Below are positions 40,169 to 50,593 of a stretch of 64,000 nucleotides of DNA, one piece after another. Position numbers and translations under genes: made by a program. Numbering within the stretch: the first letter of the stretch is position 1; each line of letters begins with the position of its first letter. Source of the stretch: Sedimentisphaerales bacterium (GTDB taxonomy: Bacteria; Planctomycetota; Phycisphaerae; Sedimentisphaerales; SM23-30); assembly GCA_963666285.1 (NCBI GenBank), contig OY762711.1; one strand, written 5' to 3'. Under the pieces are notes generated by a model. That model saw only the letters and a program-made list of their open reading frames with translations. It searched no databases and was not told the DNA's origin.

Positions 40169-40408
40169 AGGTGCGGTATCGCACTCTTGACTGTTCAATA
40201 TTACACGCGAAGGTCAGAACAGGACCAATTAAGTGAAAAATGAATAATGAAAAGTGAAAAATTAAGGTGTCCCGATGTACGTTGACATCAGGAATAATTC
40301 GCTATCGTCTCACACTTTATTTTAAACATAAGCGTTGCAGGAAGGCCCTTTTATGCGATTTGCCAAAAGGTACTTCGTTACTGCAACTTAAAAACTGCGA
40401 AAGTTAAC
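40169..40408 (+). repeat. Dispersed structured repeat, copy 1 (long form)
   Basis: Aligns by eye with 44681-44876; the core ATCGTCT..GTTGCAGGAAG..CTTTT..TGCAACTTAAAAACTGCGAAAGTTAAC also occurs at 42214 and 48402. Confidence 0.88.
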
Positions 40409-40419
40409 TGGAGTGATTT

Positions 40420-42213
40420 ATGAGTCTTAAGGATTTACTTGATCTCGCATCAAAAGCAATTTCTAGAGGCACCCTTAAATATTATGGGCTTGAATATGTT
40501 TTATTTTTGTTTATTTTAATTGGTGGTCAAAATTCAGTTTTGTTTGCTGATCGTTCTGATGCAGTTTTATCATCTGCAGACAGTCAGAAGGGCAGTGTGA
40601 TTAATGTGCTGGATTTTGGTGCTGTGCCAAATGACGGGCAGAATGACCTGGAAGCGTTAAGGTTAGCATTAAAAGCATGTAAAGACTTTGACGCTCGTAT
40701 TCTGGTATTGCCGCCCGGACGTTATGTCCTGGCAGATGAGATGGCTCAGCATTTGCGAGATGATGTTTTGCATAGAAGATATGGGAATAACCCGCAAAAT
40801 TATATGTTTAATAGAGACTTGGATTATGTAGTTGGTCTCGATTTTACAGGAATTAAGAATTTAACCATCAATGGTTATGGAGCTGAATTATATTGTGATG
40901 GATGGATGGAGACTATTGTTCTGGCGAATGCTCAAAATATAGTTATGAATGGGATTACTGTTGATAATAAACGTCCGGCAAATAGTGTTGGAGAGATAAT
41001 TCAGGTTGGTGAAGATTTTGTTGATGTTAAATTCTTTGATTGGTGTCCGGTGTTTGATGGTATAAATTTTTGCCGATTTATGGTTTACGATGATGATTTA
41101 GGCAGAATTGCAGGTGGGTGCATCAGTTGCAATGACTGGAAAATTGTTGCACCGCAAACCATGAGAATGAAGTCGCAAAGTGATCTTCTTGAAAAGGGAA
41201 GAAAGCTTCTGTGCTGGCACTGTTTTCATTTCAGGCCGGCTATTCTAATTTATAATTCATTGAATATAACGCTTTCTGATGTTAGTATTTATGCTCATCC
41301 AGGGATGGGGATTGTAGGGCATTTGTCAGAAAATATTGAGTTGAATCACCTTAGAATAATACCTCGTTCCGGGAGGTATATTTCAACCAATACAGATGCA
41401 ACCCATTTTGCTTCATGTTATGGATTTTTACGTTTTAATGAATGTGAATTTGGCGGGCAGGGAGATGATGCGACAAATGTGCATAATTATTATAAACAGA
41501 TAGCAAGTGAACCAGTTAATAATACCTGTATGATTGATACATTGCGCAGCTATGATTTACATTCGATGCGAATGGACTATCCTCGCGATGGAGATGTTTT
41601 TGCGGTTGTGAAAAGAAAGACTTTGGAAGAAGTAGGATATATTCAAGTTGAATCGGTCGATATTGATTTTGATAAATGGAAGACAACGATAACTTATAAG
41701 GGTAATATTCCATTTGATTATAAGGATTATTATCTTGCTGATATCAGTGCATTGCCAATGCTGACTTTCAGAAATTGCAAAGTTGACTCGCATCGTGCCA
41801 GGTCAGTTTTGTGTAAAACACGTAATGTAATAATTGAAGGCAATGTATTTAATGGCTGCACAGGTACCGCTATTCATATTGGTGCTGAAGGGCACTGGAT
41901 GGAGGGGGCAACATCAAAGAATGTGATTGTTAGGAATAATCAATTTAATAATTGCGGTTTTGCAGATGGTACAATTAATGGTGCATCTGCCGTTTCAATT
42001 CATGTTGCTGCTGAAGATGTCACAGTACCAGGGCTGCATAAGAATATTATCATTGAAAACAATGATATAAATGGAGGATATTACGGTATTTCTGTCAGCA
42101 GTGCTGAAAACGTACTGATATCAAATAATAATTTTAGAAATATACGTAAAGATAATGTTAAGGTAGATTATTCAAATATGGTAAAAATATATGAGAATAC
42201 AATATCTCAATGA
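40420..42213 (+). CDS. Right-handed beta-helix glycosidase, GH110 (alpha-1,3-galactosidase)-like
   Basis: INVLDFGAVPNDG, GMGIVG, STNTDATHF, GQGDDATNVH, parallel beta-helix repeats. Confidence 0.68.
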   Translation: MSLKDLLDLASKAISRGTLKYYGLEYVLFLFILIGGQNSVLFADRSDAVLSSADSQKGSVINVLDFGAVPNDGQNDLEALRLALKACKDFDARILVLPPGRYVLADEMAQHLRDDVLHRRYGNNPQNYMFNRDLDYVVGLDFTGIKNLTINGYGAELYCDGWMETIVLANAQNIVMNGITVDNKRPANSVGEIIQVGEDFVDVKFFDWCPVFDGINFCRFMVYDDDLGRIAGGCISCNDWKIVAPQTMRMKSQSDLLEKGRKLLCWHCFHFRPAILIYNSLNITLSDVSIYAHPGMGIVGHLSENIELNHLRIIPRSGRYISTNTDATHFASCYGFLRFNECEFGGQGDDATNVHNYYKQIASEPVNNTCMIDTLRSYDLHSMRMDYPRDGDVFAVVKRKTLEEVGYIQVESVDIDFDKWKTTITYKGNIPFDYKDYYLADISALPMLTFRNCKVDSHRARSVLCKTRNVIIEGNVFNGCTGTAIHIGAEGHWMEGATSKNVIVRNNQFNNCGFADGTINGASAVSIHVAAEDVTVPGLHKNIIIENNDINGGYYGISVSSAENVLISNNNFRNIRKDNVKVDYSNMVKIYENTISQ

Positions 42214-42315
42214 CGGCTTATGTTTCGTTTCAATTCAGAGTGTTGCAGGGAGGTCTTTTAGGCGATTGGCCAAGGGGGAATTTGTTATTGCAACTTAAAA
42301 ACTGCGAAAATTAGC
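42214..42315 (+). repeat. Dispersed structured repeat, copy 2 (core)
   Basis: GTTGCAGGGAGGTCTTTTAGGCGATT..TTGCAACTTAAAAACTGCGAAA; begins right after the stop codon at 42213. Confidence 0.85.
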
Positions 42316-42355
42316 GGTCACAAGAGAGGTTGGCACTAATTCCAATATATTAATT

Positions 42356-44509
42356 CTATAAATTAGTTGGGATCCATCCTGTATTGGAAAAATATTCATA
42401 TTTATTTCCATTTATTTTACATATAGTGCCATCAGAGAATATGGGTTTGGCAGGTATAGATTCAGTATGAACGCTACCTTTAATAAACTCAATCTTGTTA
42501 TTGTTTAATTTAACCGAACCGTAGAAAAGAATGCTGCCTTCGGACATTTCAAAAGATGGAGTAACAGCAGTCCAAATGTTGTTTTTAGAGTTTATGTCCA
42601 TGGCAGCCTGTTCATCGTCAGATACAACGGTTGAGAGTTTGTACGAGCAATAAATATTTGCATCGAAAACTACTTGTTCACCGTTAACCAGATTATTGAA
42701 GGTTTGTTTGCCGGCAGAATTATTTTCAAAAGACACTTTAAATGGTGCTGATTTTGAAGCTACAATTCCCTTAACCTGGGATTTTGCCTTTAGTTCTTTT
42801 TCGGTTTCATCAATGAGCGTAATTAAAATATATTTGCCACAATTATCAATTGTAGTGATATCCGTGGTGAATTGGTCAATAATACTGTCAGTTAAATTTA
42901 ACTTAAATTTATAAAAAGAGTAGTCTTTAAGATATTTGAAAATAGTATTATCGTTTGAATCTCTAGCCAGGGTTAAAGGAGAATGAAGTTTGTTGTCGGA
43001 CATCGTGGTGTCGAAAAAGATATTGGCACCTTTATCGATAAGATATTTTACAAGGTCTAGTTTACCGCAGTATACAGCCCAGTGTAGAGCTGACCCTAAT
43101 GTTTTATTACAGATATTGATATCAGCATTATTTTTCAGCAGGAAGTCCATGGCCTCGTAACTTGAATTCATAGAAGCCATAATAAATGGCGGTATGCAAT
43201 TATTGTCGCTAACGTTTATTGAAGCATTATATTCGATCAGAAGTCTCATTAAGCTGATATTGTTGTTAAAAGAAGCTATGCCAAGCGGACTATGACCTTG
43301 CGAAGTTACAGGATTGACATCGCAATAATTTTCAAGGAGTAAAGAGGTAATATCCATATCTCCACGTGATACAGCAAAATGTATTGGCATCCATCTATTG
43401 TTATCAGTATAGTTTATATCTGCATTTTGGGAGAGCAGGATGCGGACATGTATAGTATTACCTTTCTGGCAGGCTAATAATAGTGCCGCAGATTTATCAT
43501 TTGGGTTTATCCCGTTTTCCTTGATAAAAGAGTTTAGTTCATCAATATCCTTTGGGGGGAAGAGGTGGGCATCACTGCTTTCTTCTGGGATATTTGCGAT
43601 TTTGACGGGTATTTCACTCTTTTTTTCAGTTGTTTTATTTCTAATGGTATGAGAAGTAGTGTCAATAGTTTCATTTAATGACGCGACTCTTTTTTTTGCA
43701 GTTTCATTGCCCTGATCTGCAGATTTCTGATACCAGATTAATGCTTGAGAAATATTTTTGGTGACACCGTATCCAGTTTCATAGTAATATCCTAAAACAA
43801 CCTGCCCGAACTGGTTATCATTATCGGCAGATTTTCTGAGCCATTGAACAGCTTTTGCAATGTCCTTATCAGTACCTTGTCCTTTTTCATACATCATGCC
43901 AAGAAAAAACTGGGCATATCCAACTTCCTGTTCTGCCGCTTTTGTGAACCATTTGAAGGCTTCGTCATTGTTTTGTAGAATATCTTGCCCGCTATAGAAA
44001 AGCAGCCCAAGAGATAATTGGGCAGAAGAATTGCCATTTTCAGCAGATTTTTTATACCATTGAACAGCAGTTGTGATATTTTTTTCGACCCCGTCACCAT
44101 TTTCATATTTTGAAGCAACCAGGGCTTGAGCGGCAGCGTTACCGTTTCGAGCTTTTTCTAATAAAAGATTAAACTCATCTTTTGCCGAGGTGAGTGAATT
44201 TATTACCGTATCACCTATTTTTGGTGTTTGTTCTGGGGTATACATTCTGCCAACAGATTCTTCAGGCTCGACATAGATAATGGTCATTTTGCCGATATAA
44301 AGATTTTCCCGGATAATATATAAAATCATGTTTTCTTTGATTCCGGAAGAAGACCCGGCAGAAATAGCGGCGTTATTGTTATCCATTTCAGTGATTTTAG
44401 CAATAATAGCAGCATCCGAGATATTTATATCTGTCTGATCTGCGAAGCTAAAATGAACGGCAGTGCTTAAAAATATGACCAATAATAATTTTAGTTTTAA
44501 ACCATACAT
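42356..44509 (-). CDS. Secreted SEL1-like repeat plus ankyrin-repeat protein
   Basis: Signal peptide; four AQ..LG..Y..G.G....A..W..KSA repeats; about five ankyrin repeats (PIHFAV, SPLGIAS, SALHWAV). Confidence 0.9.
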   Translation of the reverse strand: MYGLKLKLLLVIFLSTAVHFSFADQTDINISDAAIIAKITEMDNNNAAISAGSSSGIKENMILYIIRENLYIGKMTIIYVEPEESVGRMYTPEQTPKIGDTVINSLTSAKDEFNLLLEKARNGNAAAQALVASKYENGDGVEKNITTAVQWYKKSAENGNSSAQLSLGLLFYSGQDILQNNDEAFKWFTKAAEQEVGYAQFFLGMMYEKGQGTDKDIAKAVQWLRKSADNDNQFGQVVLGYYYETGYGVTKNISQALIWYQKSADQGNETAKKRVASLNETIDTTSHTIRNKTTEKKSEIPVKIANIPEESSDAHLFPPKDIDELNSFIKENGINPNDKSAALLLACQKGNTIHVRILLSQNADINYTDNNRWMPIHFAVSRGDMDITSLLLENYCDVNPVTSQGHSPLGIASFNNNISLMRLLIEYNASINVSDNNCIPPFIMASMNSSYEAMDFLLKNNADINICNKTLGSALHWAVYCGKLDLVKYLIDKGANIFFDTTMSDNKLHSPLTLARDSNDNTIFKYLKDYSFYKFKLNLTDSIIDQFTTDITTIDNCGKYILITLIDETEKELKAKSQVKGIVASKSAPFKVSFENNSAGKQTFNNLVNGEQVVFDANIYCSYKLSTVVSDDEQAAMDINSKNNIWTAVTPSFEMSEGSILFYGSVKLNNNKIEFIKGSVHTESIPAKPIFSDGTICKINGNKYEYFSNTGWIPTNL

Positions 44510-44680
44510 ATCAAATTTCTCGTTAGAGTAATAAATAAATCAAACTGACTGATGTTCAATTTGCCTGGCATAAGAGATCGGGCTTTTTAAGGCTGACCTT
44601 CGATATAATGTGTTGAAGCCGCAAAGCGGCATGCTTATTAAAAATGTAATATAACAGGTTATATTAAAATATGTTATGGC

Positions 44681-44876
44681 AGGTGCGGCATCGCACTTTT
44701 GACTGTTCAACATTACAGGCAAAGTCCGGAACAGAGCCAATTAAGTGAAAAATTAAGGTGTTTGACTATCCTTCGACTAGCTCAGAACAGATCGTCTCAC
44801 GCTTTGTTTAAACCATAAGCGTTGCAGGAAGTGCCTTTTAGGCGATTATTGCAACTTAAAAACTGTGAAAGTAAAC
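44681..44876 (+). repeat. Dispersed structured repeat, copy 3 (long form)
   Basis: AGGTGCGGCATCGCACTTTTGACTGTTCAA..AATTAAGTGAAAAATTAAGGTG..core; direct repeat of 40169-40408. Confidence 0.88.
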
Positions 44877-45256
44877 GACAGTATAAAAATACCAATCGGC
44901 ACTTTGATTAAATAAGATAATATCCAAATAACAAGGAGATATTACCAAAAAACAGTCATCCAGCCAATAATAAAATTCTACCGGCATAAAAGTAGTCATA
45001 TTGATAGTGGAGAAAGAATAGAGATTAGAATCGAGAGATACCATCGGGTATGGTATTAATAAAAATTGCCGCAGCATGGGACAAGCCCAATACTGCGGCT
45101 ATGCGATGTGCATTTGTTTAGGGAGTTGGTTTGTTTTGATTCAAGAACTAAGAGAAGAGTTATGGTGTCAACAATGTCGACTCAGATTAAATAATGCTAT
45201 CGCATAAATAGTTATATCTTTTACTCTTAGCTCTTTTCAATTGTTATTTTGTGGAG

Positions 45257-45289
45257 GTGTGGTGAGATCAAACAACGATCTCACCACGC
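45257..45289. terminator. Hairpin immediately downstream of glnK
   Basis: GTGGTGAGATC-aaacaac-GATCTCACCAC; no U-tract on the minus strand. Confidence 0.45.
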
Positions 45290-45306
45290 ATGAAATTTAA
45301 TAATGA

Positions 45307-45648
45307 TTAACCAATTGCATCACTGCCTTCTTCGCCAGTTCTGATTCTCACACAACGAGTAACCGGCAGAACGAAGATTTTACCGTCGCCAATTTCCCCG
45401 GTGCGAGCACCTTCGATGATGGCGTTTACAGTAGATTCAACGAATTTTTCGTTAACAGCGATTTCAATTCTTATTTTTTTGAGCAGGTTAACTTCGATAT
45501 CAACGCCACGGTAAGATTCGTGGTAGCCCATTTGCTGGCCGCAGCCTAAGGCAGTAGTGACTGACATTTTCCTGATGTCGGCCTTATATAGAGCCTGCTT
45601 GACATCGTTAAGTTTTTCCGGCTGTATGTAAGCAATTACAAGATTCAT
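45307..45648 (-). CDS. glnK: P-II nitrogen regulatory protein
   Basis: ESYRG T-loop, [21 protein letters not shown]; adjacent to amtB. Confidence 0.93.
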   Translation of the reverse strand: MNLVIAYIQPEKLNDVKQALYKADIRKMSVTTALGCGQQMGYHESYRGVDIEVNLLKKIRIEIAVNEKFVESTVNAIIEGARTGEIGDGKIFVLPVTRCVRIRTGEEGSDAIG

Positions 45649-45721
45649 AATATATGTTCTCCATTATTTAGAGTTTACTGTTAAATTTAATGTTTCTTTT
45701 GTCAGTTGTCATTTTATCTGA

Positions 45722-47095
45722 TTACTGATTAAGGAACAACTGGAATCCTGAGTACGCTTCATTACCATGTTCGCTGATATCAAGACCCTTAACTTCTTCA
45801 TCGTGAGAGACTCTCAGGCCGACAGTGAACTTAATAATGTTGAACAGAAGCATACCACAACCGAAAGCCCATATAAACATAGCGCCTACGCCAACCAGCT
45901 GAGTCATAAGCTGTGGGCCAACTGCGATAGCATCCCTCTGGAAGAATACAAGGGCGATAGTACCCCAAGCACCACAAACACCGTGAACACTTACAGCACC
46001 AACAGGATCGTCGATTTTCAATACCTTATCGATAAATTCAACACTTAATACAACCAGTACACCAGCAACGGCACCGATGATAATAGCACCACCGAAAGTT
46101 ACACTGTCACAACCAGCAGTGATAGCAACCAGACCAGCAAGAGCACCATTTAAGCTCATACCAGTGTCAGGTTTGCCAAAACGGATCCAGCTAGTGAACA
46201 AGCCCATGATAGCACCAGCAGCGGCAGCCAGGTTAGTAGTTACAGCAATGTAACCAAGTGCACCCGGTCCGGAACCTACTGAAGTAGTAGAACCAGGGTT
46301 AAAACCGAACCAACCGAACCACAGGATGAATACACCAAGAGCAGCCAGTGGAATGTTGTGACCCTGGATAGCACGGCTCTTGCCGTCAGGACCATATTTA
46401 CCAATACGAGGACCAAGAGTTATAGCACCAGCTAGAGCTAACCAAGCACCACAGCTATGTACAACAGTTGAACCGGCAAAGTCCATTAAGCATAATCCAT
46501 CTTCACCTTCAGGTGTAAACCATGTTATATTCTCTAACCATCCAGAGCTAGGTCCAAACAAGCTAGCCCAAGCCCAGTGACCACTGATAGGGTAGATTAT
46601 ACCGCAAATAACTACACTATAGATCAGGTAGCTGGTAAATTTAGTACGGCCAGCCATAGCACCTGAAACAATAGTTGCAGCAGTACCGGCAAATACACAC
46701 TGGAAAATAAAGAATACAAATCCAAGACCTGAATCACTGAAGTCTTGAGTTGCAAAATGAGAGCCGCCAATGAAAGAACCGCCGGCACCAAACATAAGGC
46801 CGAAGCCCAGAACCCACCACATGATAGAACCGATGGAGAAGTCCATGAGGTTTTTCATCATGATGTTACAGGCATTTTTTGCCCTGGTGAAGCCAGCTTC
46901 AACCATGGCGAAACCAGGCTGCATGAAGAAAACCAGGAAGGCTGCCAAAGCAGTCCATAAAATGTCCATGTTTGTCTGAAGTTCAGCCTGAACTTTTTCC
47001 AGATCAGAAGGATCACCTTCCTGAGCTGCAGCAAAGCTGCATAGGCCTGCTACTATTAACGCTACTAATGTCTTACCACCTTTTGGAATTCGCAT
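45722..47095 (-). CDS. amtB: Ammonium transporter
   Basis: FFMQPGF..EAG, DFAGSTVVH, LWFGWFGFNPGS, DDPVGAVSVHG. Confidence 0.95.
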   Translation of the reverse strand: MRIPKGGKTLVALIVAGLCSFAAAQEGDPSDLEKVQAELQTNMDILWTALAAFLVFFMQPGFAMVEAGFTRAKNACNIMMKNLMDFSIGSIMWWVLGFGLMFGAGGSFIGGSHFATQDFSDSGLGFVFFIFQCVFAGTAATIVSGAMAGRTKFTSYLIYSVVICGIIYPISGHWAWASLFGPSSGWLENITWFTPEGEDGLCLMDFAGSTVVHSCGAWLALAGAITLGPRIGKYGPDGKSRAIQGHNIPLAALGVFILWFGWFGFNPGSTTSVGSGPGALGYIAVTTNLAAAAGAIMGLFTSWIRFGKPDTGMSLNGALAGLVAITAGCDSVTFGGAIIIGAVAGVLVVLSVEFIDKVLKIDDPVGAVSVHGVCGAWGTIALVFFQRDAIAVGPQLMTQLVGVGAMFIWAFGCGMLLFNIIKFTVGLRVSHDEEVKGLDISEHGNEAYSGFQLFLNQ

Positions 47096-47181
47096 ATTAC
47101 TGTTTCCTTTCCATTAAGAAAAATGTTCTGTGAAATACACAACGCTATTAAATTTTTATCGCGGCGATACGCCCTATCATA

Positions 47182-47197
47182 TGCACAATGCGTGCCA
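47182..47197 (-). promoter_or_regulatory. Sigma-54 (-24/-12) promoter of amtB-glnK
   Basis: Minus strand TGGCACGCATTGTGCA: one mismatch to TGGCACRNNNNTTGCW with correct GG-N10-GC spacing, about 87 bp upstream of amtB. Confidence 0.75.
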
Positions 47198-47560
47198 AAA
47201 GTGTAGTAGAAATTTTAAGTGTTTATTTAGTAATAAATTATGTAAGAAAAATTATTTTTTCATTAAAAACATATTTGATTTTCCGCCTATTGCAAGTTAC
47301 AAAAATGTAACCAAGTCCAATAAAAATACTAAAAAAGACACATTTGTTGCGATAATTGGCACATTTTGTTAGTAAGTGGTAAAGAAAATACAGATAGAAT
47401 AAAGTCAGGATAGTATGACATGGGTTCATCAATTCTGCTATATACAAGCAGCCATTATTGCTATAATCTTTTATGTTGTGTAATAGTGGTATGAATGATA
47501 TAATATTTGACCTTTTGTTTGTGCGTAAATGTATATTTGACTTGGATTAAAAAAAGATTT

Positions 47561-48319
47561 ATGAATAAATTTGCAGTAATATCTGATTTGCATTCAAACC
47601 TTGAAGCACTGACGGCAGTGTTTGAGGAGATTGATAGAAGAGGCATAAAAGAGGTATTTTGTCTTGGTGATATAGTTGGTTATGGACCTGATCCAATAGC
47701 ATGCCTGGATATGATAATTGATCGCCAAGTGATTACTACTATGGGTAATCACGACCAGGCCGCCTTTTATGAGCCGACAAACTTTAATGCCGGAGCAGAG
47801 CGAGCAGCATACTGGGTTCGTCAATGCCTGGAAGAAGACCCTGATAAAGAAAAGCGAAATAAACGCTGGGCTTTTCTCGGCAGACTTCCGGTTAGATTAC
47901 AAATGGGTGATATGTTAATGCTGCATGGTTCGCCCAGAAAACCAGTGACCGAATATATATTTCCAGACGATGCCTATAATAATTCAACCAAGCTGTTGAG
48001 TATATTTGAGCGAGTAGAACATTTATGTTTTGTCGGTCATACACATGTGCCGGGAGTGTTTTTTGAAGATCCGGACTTTTACGCTGCTGAAGAGATAGAT
48101 TATGAATATCTAATTCGAGAGGACGAAAAAGCGATAATTAATGTCGGTAGTGTGGGTCAGAGCCGCGATCAGGATACCAGGACGAGTTTTGTAATAGTAG
48201 ATGATAAAAAGATTGAGTTTGTTCGTCTTGAATATGACCTGGAAACGACAGTTAACAAGATATTGAATAATCCGCACCTAGATGATTTTGAGGGTCTGAG
48301 GCTGCGGGATGGAAGATGA
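47561..48319 (+). CDS. Calcineurin-like metallophosphoesterase
   Basis: SDLHSN, LGDIVGYG, GNHD, HGSP, GHTH, NVGSVGQ; start at ATG 47561. Confidence 0.9.
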   Translation: MNKFAVISDLHSNLEALTAVFEEIDRRGIKEVFCLGDIVGYGPDPIACLDMIIDRQVITTMGNHDQAAFYEPTNFNAGAERAAYWVRQCLEEDPDKEKRNKRWAFLGRLPVRLQMGDMLMLHGSPRKPVTEYIFPDDAYNNSTKLLSIFERVEHLCFVGHTHVPGVFFEDPDFYAAEEIDYEYLIREDEKAIINVGSVGQSRDQDTRTSFVIVDDKKIEFVRLEYDLETTVNKILNNPHLDDFEGLRLRDGR

Positions 48320-48401
48320 CGATTAAGTAGAAACGAAATAGTAAGAAGTCAAAAAATAAGAAGTTTCCCGAGTAATCGGGATTTCGCTTTGCTTAACATC
48401 G

Positions 48402-48485
48402 CGTCTTATGCTTTGTTAAAATTCAAAGAGCTGCAGGAATGTCTTTTAAGTCAATTTATTCAACTTGAAAAGTGCGAGAGTTAAC
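48402..48485 (+). repeat. Dispersed structured repeat, copy 4 (diverged), upstream of yidC
   Basis: CGTCTTATGCTTTGTT..CTGCAGGAATGTCTTTTA..CAACTTGAAAAGTGCGAGAGTTAAC, preceded by TCCCGA..TCGGGA-TTCGCT as in copy 1. Confidence 0.65.
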
Positions 48486-48543
48486 TAAGCTAAGTACGAA
48501 AATAAGCTGCCGGTAATTGGCAGTAAGAAGGAATACAATATTT

Positions 48544-50535
48544 ATGGATTGGAAGCGATATTTATCAACAATGTCTTTTGCCTGCCTGGTGGTAGCCGGA
48601 TTTCTTGTGTTTTCGAGTATGAACTCAAAGGATAAAGCAGGCCAGGAAACACCACAGGAAGTTGAGACGAAGCAGGTCAGCCAGGAGTCTGAATCTGGAG
48701 AGAAGAATGAAGCACCTCAACTAGTAAGTGTTGAATCCCAGGATAAGGATCTTCATCTAGGGATAGTTGAGACAGGCGAAAGTGTAGATGAAACATATGA
48801 GCTTGGTTCTGTAACAGATGAGAATTACAAGGCCTTGATCACATTTGATAAATCGACAGCCTCTATTACATCGGTTAAAATAAATGGATATAAATATAAG
48901 GTAAACGATAAGGATTTTGGTTATCCGCTATTGAATACCAGTAAGAGTATAACCGGTGAGATCTGGCATTCTTTTATGCTGGACCGGATAATAATCGATG
49001 GTATTGATAAAAAATTTGACCTGAAAAAGAACTGCTGGACGGTACTGGAAAAGAGTGATGATCAGATAAGCTTTTCAGCGACTATTTATAATGGCGAAGA
49101 AAAGTATCTCGATGTTATCAAAACATTCAGGTGGGAGCCTGGAAATTATGAGATGGACTTTTTTGTAAAGTTTGTTAACTATACCGATCAGGCGTTGAAT
49201 ATAAGTCGGGTTGGTATGTCTGGTCCGACCGGGGTATTGCGTGAAGATACCAGGAGTGACAGGCGAAATGTATTTCTTGGTTTCTACAATGAGAAGAACA
49301 ATTTCGAAACTGTTTTAGCCAATCCTGCCAAAGTTAAAAAAGATGGAATGCAAAAGATTGAGACTTCTGATAATAGATTCTTGCACTGGTTTGCATATGG
49401 CAATAAGTTTTTTACGGCGATTGTAAGGCCTATGCCTAGGAGCGAAGAAAGCCAGGTGGCGGCTTATATCTCAAACCAGGTCAGTCTGAAGACAACTAAG
49501 TTGAATAGCGGTCCGGAAAGATATGTAGGGGAGCTGGATGACCTGATACCTTATACAGAGTTTGTCCCAGGGACGATAGAGAAGGCCGAAAAGAGCGAAT
49601 TTGATTTTAAGGTTTACCTCGGACCTATTGATAAGGAGCTGTTTGAGCAGGCACCATTTGCGGCAAATCATTATGATGCAACAGCAAAAGGTCCTTCATG
49701 TTCGGTGTGTACATTTGGCTGGCTTAACACGATATTGTTCAAGCTGATGCAATACTGTCATTTTGTAACACGCAATTATGGAATATCGATAATCTTCCTG
49801 GTGTTTTTGGTACGGCTTGCCCTTCATCCTATTACCAAGAAGAGCCAGATCAATATGCATAAGATGAGTAAGCTTGGTCCTAAGATGGAAGAGATCAAGA
49901 AGAAATACGGAGATAACCAGAAAGAATTGCAGCGTCAGATGTCTCTGGCTTACAAGGAGATAGGTTTTAATCCGCTAATGGGTTGTTTGCCGATGCTATT
50001 GCAGATGCCGATCTGGATAGCTTTGTATACCTCAGTTGACTCAAATATCGGTCTGAGACATGAAGGTCTGTTTCCGGCCGGATTTCCGTGGCTGAATGAT
50101 TTGTCGGCACCTGACAGGCTGATTCCATTTACTTTGTTTGGAGTTGAGAATGGCTTTAACCTGCCGATATTTGGTAATGTGGATGCATTTAATATTTTGC
50201 CGATATTACTGACGATAGCAATGTTTTTCCAGTCAAAGGCATCTATGGCACAGAACCAGACAGCAACTATGACACCTGAGCAGGCCCAGCAGCAGAAACT
50301 GATGATGTATATGATGCCAGGTATGATGCTTCTGTTTTTCTATACAGCACCTTCCGGTTTGAACCTTTATATTATGGCAAGTACATTTGCCGGTCTGATA
50401 GAGCAGAAGCGTATCAAACAGCACCTGAAAGAGCAGGAAGCGGCTCAAAGTGTGGGCGTTGTGGAAGTGAAGGCGAAAGTGCTGAATAAGATGGGCGAGA
50501 AGAAAAAGAAACCGAGAGAGAAGTTCAGAAGATAA
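48544..50535 (+). CDS. yidC: Membrane protein insertase YidC
   Basis: N-terminal TM, periplasmic domain with NKFF and YLGP, NYGISII, GCLPMLLQMPIW, WLNDLSAPD, PSGLNLY. Confidence 0.94.
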   Translation: MDWKRYLSTMSFACLVVAGFLVFSSMNSKDKAGQETPQEVETKQVSQESESGEKNEAPQLVSVESQDKDLHLGIVETGESVDETYELGSVTDENYKALITFDKSTASITSVKINGYKYKVNDKDFGYPLLNTSKSITGEIWHSFMLDRIIIDGIDKKFDLKKNCWTVLEKSDDQISFSATIYNGEEKYLDVIKTFRWEPGNYEMDFFVKFVNYTDQALNISRVGMSGPTGVLREDTRSDRRNVFLGFYNEKNNFETVLANPAKVKKDGMQKIETSDNRFLHWFAYGNKFFTAIVRPMPRSEESQVAAYISNQVSLKTTKLNSGPERYVGELDDLIPYTEFVPGTIEKAEKSEFDFKVYLGPIDKELFEQAPFAANHYDATAKGPSCSVCTFGWLNTILFKLMQYCHFVTRNYGISIIFLVFLVRLALHPITKKSQINMHKMSKLGPKMEEIKKKYGDNQKELQRQMSLAYKEIGFNPLMGCLPMLLQMPIWIALYTSVDSNIGLRHEGLFPAGFPWLNDLSAPDRLIPFTLFGVENGFNLPIFGNVDAFNILPILLTIAMFFQSKASMAQNQTATMTPEQAQQQKLMMYMMPGMMLLFFYTAPSGLNLYIMASTFAGLIEQKRIKQHLKEQEAAQSVGVVEVKAKVLNKMGEKKKKPREKFRR

Positions 50536-50593
50536 ATCAAGGTTTTGAAAGCATCAGGCGGGTGAATATATTTACTTGTTCTTTATGTTAAAA

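Noticed and set aside
40164..40195. TAGAGGTGCG, like the 5' end of a lysine riboswitch
   Set aside because: It closes at once into a local hairpin (GTGCG-gtat-CGCAC), belongs to the dispersed repeat, and lacks the downstream L-box motifs and a lysine gene.
40304..44876. Canonical integron attC cassette array
   Set aside because: No RYYYAAC/GTTRRRY boxes, the genes are in opposite orientations, and there is no intI. Kept only as a non-canonical repeat finding.
48505..48523. GCTGC-N9-GCAGT hairpin before yidC, same stem as the VPAPGA leader motif
   Set aside because: The loop sequence differs and the other leader blocks are absent; probably chance.
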